Below, in pieces: positions 19,814 through 28,451 of a stretch of 64,000 nt of DNA. Within the stretch, counting starts at the first letter, position 1. Each line of letters starts with the position of its first letter. A model generated the notes under the pieces. That model made no database searches and was not told the DNA's origin. It saw nothing but the letters and a program-made list of their open reading frames with translations. The translations under genes were made by a program, and so were the position numbers. This DNA comes from Candidatus Spyradosoma sp. (GTDB lineage: Bacteria; Verrucomicrobiota; Verrucomicrobiia; Opitutales; UBA953): positions 20,919-84,918 of the forward strand of contig JBJEVQ010000009.1 in the NCBI GenBank assembly GCA_051884495.1, in the 5' to 3' direction.

Positions 19814-21613
19814 TCACAATGAGACGCGCGCGTAAAGCGGACAGGCGAGCGCGAGCGAAAGCGCGTCGAGAAGATCGCGTTCCCGCGGCGAGACGACGCC
19901 GTCGCGCTCGGCGACGCGGGCGCAGACGCGCATCAGGCTTTCGCGGAAGAGGATGGGCGCGGGGCGGAGCGCGTCGAGCGCGGCGTCGAGTTCGCCCATG
20001 TCCGGCGCGCGCGCGGGAAGGCCGGCGTCCGCGAGCGCGGCGAACGTCTTTTCCTCGGCGAGAATCTCGCGGAGATGGCGCGCCGCCTCGTCCGCCGGGA
20101 ACGCGTTTTCGCGCATCATCGCGGCGAAGACGACGCCCGCCGCGCGCAGGGCGCGTTCCCGCGAGAACGTCTCGCGCTCCGGCGGGAAGAGCACGCCTTC
20201 GACGGCGCGCAGAATCAGAAATTCGAAGAGCGAGACTTCGCCGTCGATTTCGGCGAGGCGGCGCAGCGTCGCGCAGAATTCGCGGCGCTGCCCGAGGGTG
20301 AAGGCGCGCAGGCTCGGCGCGGCGAGCACGACGAGCGAAATCCGTTTTTCCGGCGGGAGCGCGGCGACGTCGTCCCAGTGCTTTTCCGCGAGCGCGAAGA
20401 CCTTTTTGCTTTCGCTGCGCAGGAGCAGTTCCGCCTGTTCGCGGTTGTGCCCGGGCGAATCCGTCATCAGCGCCATGAAGACCGCCGCGCGCGCGCCGTC
20501 CGCGCTCTTCACGAGCTCGCGCAGGCGCCATGCGGGCTCGGAGAAAAGCGCGCCCGAAGCGATTCCCGAAACGCGCGCGTCGCGCGGAGCGGCTTCCGTT
20601 TCCGCGGCCGCGCTCCCGCGCAGCGGCGGGAGAAATTTCCCGTCCCACGCGGGATCGAGCGCGCGGATGCGTTCCTCGAGCGGCGGGTGCGTCGCGAAGA
20701 GCGCGCCGACGCCGTCCGCGAAAAAGAAATGCGCGTATTCGCCCGCGCGCGGCGAGACGAGACGGCTCGTGTCGCCGCCGATGCGCGAAAGCGCGCGGGC
20801 GAGCGCGAGCGGGTTGCGCGTGAACTGCGTCGCCGAAGCGTCCGCGAGGCGTTCCCGATGCCGCGAGATCGCCGCCTGAATGAGGCTCGCGAAAAACTGC
20901 CCGATCGCGCCCGCGAGCATGACCGCCAGCCCGATCAGCATGATCGGAAGGCCGTCGTTCTTGCGGGAACGCCCGCCGCCGGCGAAGAAGGCGCCGCGCG
21001 TCAGCACGCGCCCGAGAATCGAGAGCGCGACCAGCCCGAAGATCCAGCCGCAGAGCTTCACGTTCAGCCGCATGTCGCCGTTCAGAACGTGCGAAAATTC
21101 GTGCCCGACGACCGCCTGCAGCTCGTCGCGCGAAAGCTTTTCGAGCGCGCCGCGCGAGACCGCGATCGCCGCGTCGTCCACGCGCGTTCCCGCCGCGAAC
21201 GCGTTGATGCCGCTCTCGCGCTCGAGCACGAAGACGCGCGGCATCGGCACGCCCGAGGCGACGGACATCTCCTGCACGACGTTGACGAGACGGCGGTCGC
21301 GCGGCGCGTCCGCCGTCGGCGGGACGGGAACGCCGCCGAGCGCCTTCGCGATTTCCGCGCCGCCGGCGCCGCCCATTTCCAGCGACTTGAACAGGCTCGC
21401 GCCGCCGACGAAGACCAGCGTGCCGCCGAAGATCCACGCGAAGAGCTCCGGCTCCCAGAAAGGCGCGCCCGCCTGCGCGCGCACGAAAGCCGCGATCGCG
21501 TAGATCGTTCCCGCCGTGCCGAGCACCGCGAGCGCGAACCACACGACGAGCCGTCGCGTCGCGCGGCGCGCGCGGTCCTGGCGTTCGAAGAAGTTCGTTC
21601 CGGATTCGGGCAC
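19814..21613 (-). CDS. Membrane-anchored M48-family zinc metallopeptidase with a long C-terminal extension
   Basis: HEFSHVLNGD (HExxH) lies after N-terminal TM helices. Length is 599 aa. Confidence 0.75.
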   Translation of the reverse strand: MPESGTNFFERQDRARRATRRLVVWFALAVLGTAGTIYAIAAFVRAQAGAPFWEPELFAWIFGGTLVFVGGASLFKSLEMGGAGGAEIAKALGGVPVPPTADAPRDRRLVNVVQEMSVASGVPMPRVFVLERESGINAFAAGTRVDDAAIAVSRGALEKLSRDELQAVVGHEFSHVLNGDMRLNVKLCGWIFGLVALSILGRVLTRGAFFAGGGRSRKNDGLPIMLIGLAVMLAGAIGQFFASLIQAAISRHRERLADASATQFTRNPLALARALSRIGGDTSRLVSPRAGEYAHFFFADGVGALFATHPPLEERIRALDPAWDGKFLPPLRGSAAAETEAAPRDARVSGIASGALFSEPAWRLRELVKSADGARAAVFMALMTDSPGHNREQAELLLRSESKKVFALAEKHWDDVAALPPEKRISLVVLAAPSLRAFTLGQRREFCATLRRLAEIDGEVSLFEFLILRAVEGVLFPPERETFSRERALRAAGVVFAAMMRENAFPADEAARHLREILAEEKTFAALADAGLPARAPDMGELDAALDALRPAPILFRESLMRVCARVAERDGVVSPRERDLLDALSLALACPLYARVSL

Positions 21614-21637
21614 GAGAAAATCAAAAGCTCAGAGAAA

Positions 21638-21765
21638 GTTATGAAGCGAGGAGGTCATGAGGCGATGAAGGTTGATCGCTTTCCGCTTCGCGAAGAAGAT
21701 TTCGAAATTCCTTCGGCGAAGCCGAACGCAATGAACTTCATCACCTCATAGCCTCATCACCTTCC
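21638..21765. repeat. Palindromic intergenic element, ATGARG-unit subfamily, copy A
   Basis: The left arm carries ATGAAG/ATGAGG units and the right arm their complements (CTTCAT/CCTCAT). The core hairpin is CCTTCGGCGAAGCCGAACGC. It is homologous to 22837-22945. Confidence 0.6.
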
Positions 21766-21768
21766 CGA

Positions 21769-22350
21769 TCACCAGCCGACGGCGTTCTTCTCGCCCTGCT
21801 TCGTGATCTCCTTCGAGTTCATCCACACGACGTTCCCGCTCGCCGCCTCGACGAGGCGCATCTGGAAGACGTAGGTGACCTGCTTCACGCCGCCGGCGTT
21901 CGTCGCGACTTCGGAGATCTTGCCGACCAGCGTCAGGTCGGGAACGACGGTCTTCGTGCCGCCGATCGCGGCGACGTCCTGCCGCACGACGTCGTCGTTG
22001 CGGTCGGCGCTCATCGACATCGAGATCGTCGCCTTGCGCGACTTCAGAATCGCCTCCTGCACCTGGTTGGTGAGCAGCGCCGTGTCGAAGTTCGCGCTCG
22101 TGTCGTTCACGACGCGGCTGAGCGCGACGACGGGCTTCTTCTCGCCCGCGAACGCGTCCCACTGCAGCATGTCGGCGACGAGCGCGTTCGTCGCGGCGCG
22201 GAAGTCCTGAATGTCCACCTTGTTGAGGGAGACGACGGTTTCCGTTCCCGCGGAATCGACGTAGCGCGCCTTCTGCGAAGAGCAGGCGCTCAGCGCGAGC
22301 GCTGCCGCGCAGATCGAGACCGGGAAGAGGATTTTTTTCGTTTTCGTCAT
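21769..22350 (-). CDS. LpoB-like lipoprotein (COG3417 family)
   Basis: The lipobox is ALSAC. The body aligns by eye with E. coli LpoB (VVALSRVVNDTSANFD...; VTYVFQMRLVEAASGNVVW). Confidence 0.65.
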   Translation of the reverse strand: MTKTKKILFPVSICAAALALSACSSQKARYVDSAGTETVVSLNKVDIQDFRAATNALVADMLQWDAFAGEKKPVVALSRVVNDTSANFDTALLTNQVQEAILKSRKATISMSMSADRNDDVVRQDVAAIGGTKTVVPDLTLVGKISEVATNAGGVKQVTYVFQMRLVEAASGNVVWMNSKEITKQGEKNAVGW

Positions 22351-22384
22351 GATTTTGTCCTTACGTTTTTTCGGTTAAAGAGCT

Positions 22385-22822
22385 TCATTCTGCGCGCTCC
22401 AGCGAAATGCGGAAGTCCTTCGCGTCGGCGTTCGGCGCGACGGCGACGATCGACTCGATCTTCGCGGGCGCGATCGCGAGCGGGATCCACGACGCGGGAA
22501 CGGCGATCTTCATGCCCTGCGCGTCGTACCATTCGACGCACCAGGCGAGGCGGCCGACGTCGCGCGTGCGGTTCATCACTTCGAGCTGGATCTTCAGCAG
22601 GCTTCCGTCGGGCGTCGTGCCCGTGCGGATCTCGATCAGCGACGCCATGTCGCGCGTTCCCGCGTCGGTGACGACGCGACGGTCGTTCTCGAGCGTCGGA
22701 CGCGCTTCGGGATTCGCCTTTTCGATCGTGTTGACGGACGCCGAGCACGCGCCCAGCGCAAGCGCGGAGACGAGCGCCGCCGCGACGGAGAGGATTCGGA
22801 ATTTCATGCGTTTTGTGGTCAT
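22385..22822 (-). CDS. YcfL-family (DUF1425) lipoprotein
   Basis: The lipobox is ALGAC. WCVEWYDAQGMKI resembles the YcfL Y.WYD.qG signature. It is adjacent to the LpoB-like gene, as in E. coli. Confidence 0.65.
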   Translation of the reverse strand: MTTKRMKFRILSVAAALVSALALGACSASVNTIEKANPEARPTLENDRRVVTDAGTRDMASLIEIRTGTTPDGSLLKIQLEVMNRTRDVGRLAWCVEWYDAQGMKIAVPASWIPLAIAPAKIESIVAVAPNADAKDFRISLERAE

Positions 22823-22836
22823 AAATTGTTCAAAAA

Positions 22837-22945
22837 GTCATTGAAGCGGCGGACTCATGAAGGTCATGGAGGCCGATCGCCCTTCGGCGGAGCCGAACGC
22901 GATGAACTTCATCTGCGCCGCAACTCAGTAACCTCATCACTTTCC
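22837..22945. repeat. Palindromic intergenic element, ATGARG-unit subfamily, copy B
   Basis: It has the same arms and core (GATCGC...CCTTCGGCGGAGCCGAACGCGATGAACTTCAT) as copy A, minus a segment of about 30 bp, and the same orientation. Confidence 0.6.
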
Positions 22946-22964
22946 GTGCCATCTCGCTTTCTTT

Positions 22965-24389
22965 TCATTTTCTGAGCACGAACTGCGAAACGCGCGGCTT
23001 CGCCTCGGCGCCGACGGAACGCACGCAGACGACGTTCACGCGGCCCGGCTCGAGCTCGGTCTCAAAGCGGCGCGCGCCGACGAAAATCTCCACGCGGCGC
23101 GACTCGGGCGTCGGGAACGACGCGACGTAGAACGCGTCCGGCAGCGTCTGCCACAGGCGCAGGTCCGCCTCCGCCGTGGCGATCGTCGCGACGCTCGTGC
23201 CGACCATCGTGCCGATCGCGACCAGCGCCGCGCCCGCGCCGCCGTTGCGGCGCGCGTATTCCGCCGTCGCGAAATTCGCCGCGACGCTCGCCGCCGTCTT
23301 CACGAACGCCGTCGTCAGCGTGCGCGCGAGCACGCTCGGATAGGCGTTTTCGAAGTCGGTCTTGACGACGCGCTTCATGTCGCAGAGGCGCTGCGCGGGC
23401 ACGCCGTCGGCGGTCAGCGCGGGCGTCGCGGGGCTCTGCGTTCCCGCGAGCTTGGGCAGCGCGATGCCGACCGGCGCGACGGTGAAGCCGCGCCCCGTCG
23501 GGAACGGAAGCAGCAGATCCGCGCGCTCTTCGACGAGCGTCGGCGCCGTGCCGTATTCGAAAATCACGTACGTCCGCGGCGGCTCGGCGGGATCGGCGGC
23601 GTCCGCCGCGCGCGCGGCGTCCTCGGCGACGAAGGAATTGCCCGGCTCCATGCTTTCGACGCGCGAGAGCGACTTGCGCGCGCGCTCGCGGGCGGCGCCG
23701 TCCGTTCCCGCGTAAAGAAAATAGATGCCGTGCAGCCACGTCGTGAACGGGTTGACGTAGTCGGCGTAAACGGCGACGTCGGGCAGCGAATTTTCCGCGG
23801 CGCGCAGCTTGGACGCGACCTCGGGATCGCTGCGCAGCTTCTCCAGATCGACCTTGTTCTTCTTCGCGTTCTCGCGGGCCGCCTCGATGGCTTCGGCGTT
23901 CGCCTCGACCGCCTCGCTCTGCGCGCGGTAGGCGGCGTTGAGCGCGACGCGCGCGTCGTCGTTCCGCCCCGTCTCCAGAAAATTCAGCGCGCGGTAGGTG
24001 TGGAGCATGATGCGGTCGGAGCCGCGGCCGCGGTACGGCAGCGCCGTAAGGTTGTAGAGCGTCGCCGAAGCCTCCTTGGAAAGCAACGTCTCCGCCTTCT
24101 CGTCCCACTCGCCGACGGTCTCCGCCGCCTTTTCGAGCGCGGCGCGCGCGTCGGCGTCCTTGCCGTTGGCGCGCAGCAGCGTCGCGGCGTCGAGCTCCCA
24201 GACGAGACGGTCGTTCTCGCCGGCGTCCGCGGCCTCGGCGACGGCGATCTTCTCCGCGCCCGCCCAATCGCCGCGCAGCCACGCGCCGCGCATTTCCCGG
24301 GATTTCCCGCCGTAGGACGAGCAGCCCGCGAGACCCAGCGCCGCCGCGGAAAAAGCGAAAAGAAAGACTGTGAACGGTCGTCGACGCAT
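22965..24389 (-). CDS. Large lipoprotein (about 474 aa), first gene of the three-lipoprotein operon
   Basis: The start is set at MRRRPFTVFLFAFSAAALGLAGC (lipobox LAGC). The helical, TPR-like N-terminal half is Ala/Glu/Arg rich. The family call is from context only. Confidence 0.55.
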   Translation of the reverse strand: MRRRPFTVFLFAFSAAALGLAGCSSYGGKSREMRGAWLRGDWAGAEKIAVAEAADAGENDRLVWELDAATLLRANGKDADARAALEKAAETVGEWDEKAETLLSKEASATLYNLTALPYRGRGSDRIMLHTYRALNFLETGRNDDARVALNAAYRAQSEAVEANAEAIEAARENAKKNKVDLEKLRSDPEVASKLRAAENSLPDVAVYADYVNPFTTWLHGIYFLYAGTDGAARERARKSLSRVESMEPGNSFVAEDAARAADAADPAEPPRTYVIFEYGTAPTLVEERADLLLPFPTGRGFTVAPVGIALPKLAGTQSPATPALTADGVPAQRLCDMKRVVKTDFENAYPSVLARTLTTAFVKTAASVAANFATAEYARRNGGAGAALVAIGTMVGTSVATIATAEADLRLWQTLPDAFYVASFPTPESRRVEIFVGARRFETELEPGRVNVVCVRSVGAEAKPRVSQFVLRK

Positions 24390-24469
24390 TTCAGAAAGCA
24401 GGAATTTTCCTTCCCCGCCGACACCCTTGCAAGCGCAATCTCGCCGCCCCATTTTTCAGACGCGGAAAA

Positions 24470-24683
24470 CACGGAAACCGTTCACGCAATTTTTTCAAAA
24501 CCACGGATGAACACGGACGCACACGGATTTTTCTTTTAACGGAGGACAGACTTCCGGTCCGTCGCCGCGGTGTCCGCGTGTTCGCTGCGTCCGCCTCTCG
24601 GCGGAGACGTGGACGTCCCCGCTCCCATGAGGCGTTCCCCGAACGCGAAGTTTCAAATTCGTGAAAATTCGTGTTCATTCGTG
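24470..24683. repeat. Palindromic intergenic element, CACGRA-unit subfamily, copy 1
   Basis: CACGGA occurs at 24502, 24512 and 24522, and TTCGTG at 24658, 24668 and 24678, an exact 10-bp phasing. The termini are AACCACG...CGTGGTT. Confidence 0.65.
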
Positions 24684-24699
24684 GTTTCCCTTTTCCCGC

Positions 24700-24735
24700 A
24701 AAAAAAACGTCCCCGAGGATTTCTCCCCGGGGACG
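24700..24735 (-). terminator. Rho-independent terminator downstream of the adhesin gene
   Basis: On the minus strand the stem CGTCCCCG/CGGGGACG is followed by TTTTTTTT. Confidence 0.6.
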
Positions 24736-24857
24736 CACACACTAACTAACACACACTATGAAAAAATGGATGAGAAAAAGTCGAGGAGTAGAGAAGGTTT
24801 AAAAGCTTGAAAAGTAATTACCTTTTAAACTCCTAAACTCCTCCACTCCTAAACTTT

Positions 24858-27800
24858 TTAAGCTTTCTTCCTCCGACGGCGCGTTCCCGCGAGCGCGAGC
24901 GCCCCGAGCCCCGCCAACAGCCCGAACATGCTCGGCTCCGGAATCGTCATCGTCAACGAAAGCGTCGAACCGTCGTAAGCGAGCGATTCCGCCCAGCCCG
25001 TCTGCGTCCAGCCTTTCAACTCGACGGCGTTTCCGAGGAGGCTCGTGCAGTCTGACGCGAAATCGACGCCGTTGTAGCTCAACGCGGACGCCGTGATGAT
25101 GTCCAACGCGAACGTCTCCGTCGCCGACGCGTAATTCGACAAGTCGATGATGAGCTTGCCGCCTTCGCTGATGGAGACGGAAGTCAACGAAACGGAGACA
25201 CTGTCGGAAACGGAAACTTCCAACGCCGCGCCGGAGGCGACCGTCGTCGCGCCCGCAATCGTCATCGCGCTTTCGCTCGTAGCGATGCGCAACGTTCCGC
25301 TTTCCGCGGAGATCGTCTGATAAGTGGTGGTCCAACTACCGCCATCGTACGTCGACGAATACAACATATTCGTTCCCGAAAGTTCCAACGTTTCCGCCCC
25401 CTGCTTGACCAAAGAAACGTTCGTCAGCGTTCCCGTGAACTCGCCGCCGCCGTTCACCGTCAGCGTCGCGCTGTCCGTGCCGGAGGCGAGCCCGACCGAG
25501 CCCGCGCCGGAAAGTCCGGCGACCGTCACGGCGGATGCGCCGAGATTCAGCGTCGCGCCGCTCTTCACTTCGACGCCCTTCGTCGTGCCGAGCGCGTTCG
25601 CGTGCCCCGCGACGACCGTTCCCGCCTCGATCACGGTTCCGCCCGTGTAGGCGTTGTTCCCGCTCAGCGTCAGCGTTCCCGCGCCCGTCTTGATGAGCTT
25701 TCCGGAACCCTCAAAGATGCTCGCGAAAGCCGCATCCGTCGCGGCGCCGTCCGCTTTCTGCAGCTCGAAAGTCGTTCCTTCGGAAGAATTCAGCGTAAAC
25801 TTCAGGTTCGACGAAACCGCGCTTGACCAGCTCTCCGACGCGACAATCGTCGTTTTGTCGAGATACGTCGTTTTCCCAGTTCCTCGGTTATTGCTGATCG
25901 TGATTCCGCCGCTTCCGATTTCAAGGCGATTCACGTCGATTGTATAAGTCCCGACATTGCCGATGTTCAATGTTCCTACCTTTATCGTACCGTCGCCGGT
26001 AATGACATTGGTCGTCTGGTTACCGTTGCCGCCGGTCGCGAAAGACAAAGCCCCTGAGACGTTCAGTTCGCCGTCCACGCGCAGAGTGCCCATCCCCCAA
26101 GAGTTCGTGAAACTCGTCGCGTTGACCGTCGCGCCGCTTTCGATCGTCACGTTACGTGCGTAGTTGTCGCTGCTCGTGGTCTTAATTTCCCCTACCGAGT
26201 AGCTCGTTCCCGCCGGCTCCGTCGTGCCCTTGAACACGACCGTGCCGCCCGTACCGTTGAAGTCGATGTTCCCGGCGGAAGTCGTCGAAACGATGTTGAC
26301 CGTCGCGCCAGCGACACAGAGGTTGCCTTCCGCAAAAGCCACATTGACCGATGTTCCCGCATTCGTCAGAGCGAGCGTTCCCGCGCCGGTTTTCGTCAGC
26401 GTTTCCGAGCCCGAGAGCACGCCGGAGAGCGTCAGCGTGTACGTCTGCGTGTCGATTGTTGAATCCGCCGCGACGTTCACCGCGTTCGCGAGCGTGAGCG
26501 TCGCGCCCGCCTGCAGCGTGCCGCCGGAAAGAGAAATGACATTCGTTCCGAGGGGAGCTGCCGCTGCAACCGCGAGTGTGCCGCCCGTGACGGAGACGCC
26601 GCCCGTAGCCGTGATCGTTCCGCCCGTGAACGAAACCGTTCCCGCGGAAATCGTCACCGTATTCGCATTCACGCCGGAATCCGCCACCGTGACGGTCGTC
26701 GTTTCGTCTTTGCTGAACACCACGGAGTCGCCCGCGTAAAACGCGTCGTCCGCATCGCGTTCATCTTTCCACGGCTTGCTCGACGGCTCAGTCCCGACGA
26801 CCGCTTCCGACCACGTGTCCGAGGCGGAACCGTTCCACGTGAGCGTCTTCGCCTCGACATAAGAGATATTCACACTCCCTGCGGTGGAAACGTCCACCGT
26901 CGAGCGCCCGAGCATGACGCCGTTGTAAGTAAAGTTTTTGTTCGTAAGCGTATTCCACTCCACGCCGAAAATCGTTCCCGTGCCGCTGATGAGAGAAACC
27001 GAAGAGCTGATGACAGAAACATCGAACACCGTCCCCGTCGAGAGCGTCACCTGACCCGAGTTCTGAATCGCGTTCGCGAGCGAGACCGTCGCGCCGGAAA
27101 GGTCAAGCACGCCGTTTTCCAGAACCTTCACGACGCCGCTGTCCGAGGTCGTCAGCGTGCCGGCGACGCTCGCCGTGCCCTTGCTGGTATCGGACGTGCC
27201 GGAGAAAATCAGCTCACCGCCGGAAACCGTGACGTCGCCAAAATAGCTCGTTCCCGAGAACGTCTGCGTTCCCGTGCCGGATTTCGTCAGGTTCAGCGAA
27301 GTCTGATTCGTCGCACTGCCGACCGACCCCGCAAAGGAATACGTGCCGCTGCCGGCAATGTTCAGCGTGCGTGCCGTGGTATCGTTGGTGGACGCGGGCC
27401 CATTCGTGTAAGTAGTATTAGACAATGCCGCATGAGAGACGAACTTCGCGCCCGAGGCGCCGTCAAGTCCCGCTATGGACACATTGCTCGCGGAAACATA
27501 GCCGACGACATTATTGTTCGCCAGATTCAGCGTGGCGCTCGACGCGGACGCGGAAAGGCAAATCGCCTGATTGTTGGACCCGTCACTCGAAATTTTTATC
27601 GTTCCCGCGAAAGCCGTATCCGCATCGAGGAACGTCACCAAAGACCACGCGCCTGTTCCAGTCCGATTGACTTCCAACGTCCCCGTGCCGGTCAGCGCGG
27701 AAGAGGAACCGATGGTGAAGAATCCCCATGCGCCGCTCGAAGCCTTGACGGTGTAGTCGCCCTCAATTGAGAGCGTGCCGACCGTCGTGTAGGCGGCTGA

Positions 27801-27956
27801 AGTCGTATAAGTGTTTCCGCTTTTTGTTACGTTGGTGGTGTCCAACGTGACCGTTCCGTCGGCGCTCGCCGTTCCGGAAAGCGTCGCGCCGAACGCGGGA
27901 ACGCTCAGCGCCGCGGCGGCGAGGAGGGAGGTGATAAGCAATTTTGATGTTTTCAT
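24858..27956 (-). CDS. Large surface protein with autotransporter-associated beta-strand-type repeats and a C-terminal PEP-CTERM anchor
   Basis: The signal peptide is MKTSKLLITSLLAAAALSVPAFG. The body is G/T/S/A/N-rich with repeats such as KTGAGTLTLSGNNAYTGGT. The C-terminus is IPEPSMFGLLAGLGALALAGTRRRRKKA. Confidence 0.85.
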   Translation of the reverse strand: MKTSKLLITSLLAAAALSVPAFGATLSGTASADGTVTLDTTNVTKSGNTYTTSAAYTTVGTLSIEGDYTVKASSGAWGFFTIGSSSALTGTGTLEVNRTGTGAWSLVTFLDADTAFAGTIKISSDGSNNQAICLSASASSATLNLANNNVVGYVSASNVSIAGLDGASGAKFVSHAALSNTTYTNGPASTNDTTARTLNIAGSGTYSFAGSVGSATNQTSLNLTKSGTGTQTFSGTSYFGDVTVSGGELIFSGTSDTSKGTASVAGTLTTSDSGVVKVLENGVLDLSGATVSLANAIQNSGQVTLSTGTVFDVSVISSSVSLISGTGTIFGVEWNTLTNKNFTYNGVMLGRSTVDVSTAGSVNISYVEAKTLTWNGSASDTWSEAVVGTEPSSKPWKDERDADDAFYAGDSVVFSKDETTTVTVADSGVNANTVTISAGTVSFTGGTITATGGVSVTGGTLAVAAAAPLGTNVISLSGGTLQAGATLTLANAVNVAADSTIDTQTYTLTLSGVLSGSETLTKTGAGTLALTNAGTSVNVAFAEGNLCVAGATVNIVSTTSAGNIDFNGTGGTVVFKGTTEPAGTSYSVGEIKTTSSDNYARNVTIESGATVNATSFTNSWGMGTLRVDGELNVSGALSFATGGNGNQTTNVITGDGTIKVGTLNIGNVGTYTIDVNRLEIGSGGITISNNRGTGKTTYLDKTTIVASESWSSAVSSNLKFTLNSSEGTTFELQKADGAATDAAFASIFEGSGKLIKTGAGTLTLSGNNAYTGGTVIEAGTVVAGHANALGTTKGVEVKSGATLNLGASAVTVAGLSGAGSVGLASGTDSATLTVNGGGEFTGTLTNVSLVKQGAETLELSGTNMLYSSTYDGGSWTTTYQTISAESGTLRIATSESAMTIAGATTVASGAALEVSVSDSVSVSLTSVSISEGGKLIIDLSNYASATETFALDIITASALSYNGVDFASDCTSLLGNAVELKGWTQTGWAESLAYDGSTLSLTMTIPEPSMFGLLAGLGALALAGTRRRRKKA

Positions 27957-28002
27957 TGTGTGAATATGTTTTGGTTTTCGTTGAATTTTTACGGGGATTC
28001 TA

Positions 28003-28367
28003 CCCCGGTTGCGAATACCGAGGGGGAACGCCTTCCAGCCCTTTATTCATCACGTTTTGTCAAACAATCAAATATAAGTTTAATCTTCAACGCAAAGAAC
28101 GCGAAGACTTTGACCACAAAGTCAAAGGAAGTTACAGAAAGTTTTTTGACCACGAATCGACACGAATTTTCACGAATTTCGAGCGGCGTTCCCGTGAAAA
28201 CCGCGTCATTCACCCAAAAATCTCTTCCACTTGAAGCTCTGGCGAGAAAAACTTTGCGCGGCGCTCCCGACAAGCGACTGGAAAGTCGCTTCCCCGAAAA
28301 GGTTTCCGTGCCTTTCCGTGTTTTCCGTGGTCAAAAATTGTGCTTGCACCGGTATTCGCAACCGGGG
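28003..28367. repeat. Segment bounded by a perfect 18-bp inverted repeat (CCCCGGTTGCGAATACCG / CGGTATTCGCAACCGGGG), upstream of the adhesin gene
   Basis: The arms lie at 28003-28020 and 28350-28367, with 329 bp between them. The left arm is 47 nt from the adhesin start codon. Confidence 0.6.
28151..28329. repeat. Palindromic intergenic element, CACGRA-unit subfamily, copy 2 (inverted relative to copy 1)
   Basis: CACGAA occurs at 28151, 28161 and 28171, and TCCGTG at 28305, 28315 and 28324. The arm ATTCGTGAAAATTCGTGT is identical to copy 1 on the opposite strand. Confidence 0.65.
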
Positions 28368-28451
28368 GAAGCGGGGCGGAAGCCGGTTCCCTTTAAAAAA
28401 TCCGCGCGGGAAGGATTCCGAGGACGCGCCGTCCCCTGCTCTCCCGCGGGA

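Noticed and set aside
25324-27770. Several 60-170-aa plus-strand ORFs opposite the adhesin gene
   Set aside because: They are antisense to a continuous 1032-aa frame that has a signal peptide and a PEP-CTERM tail. The repetitive composition of that gene generates open antisense frames.
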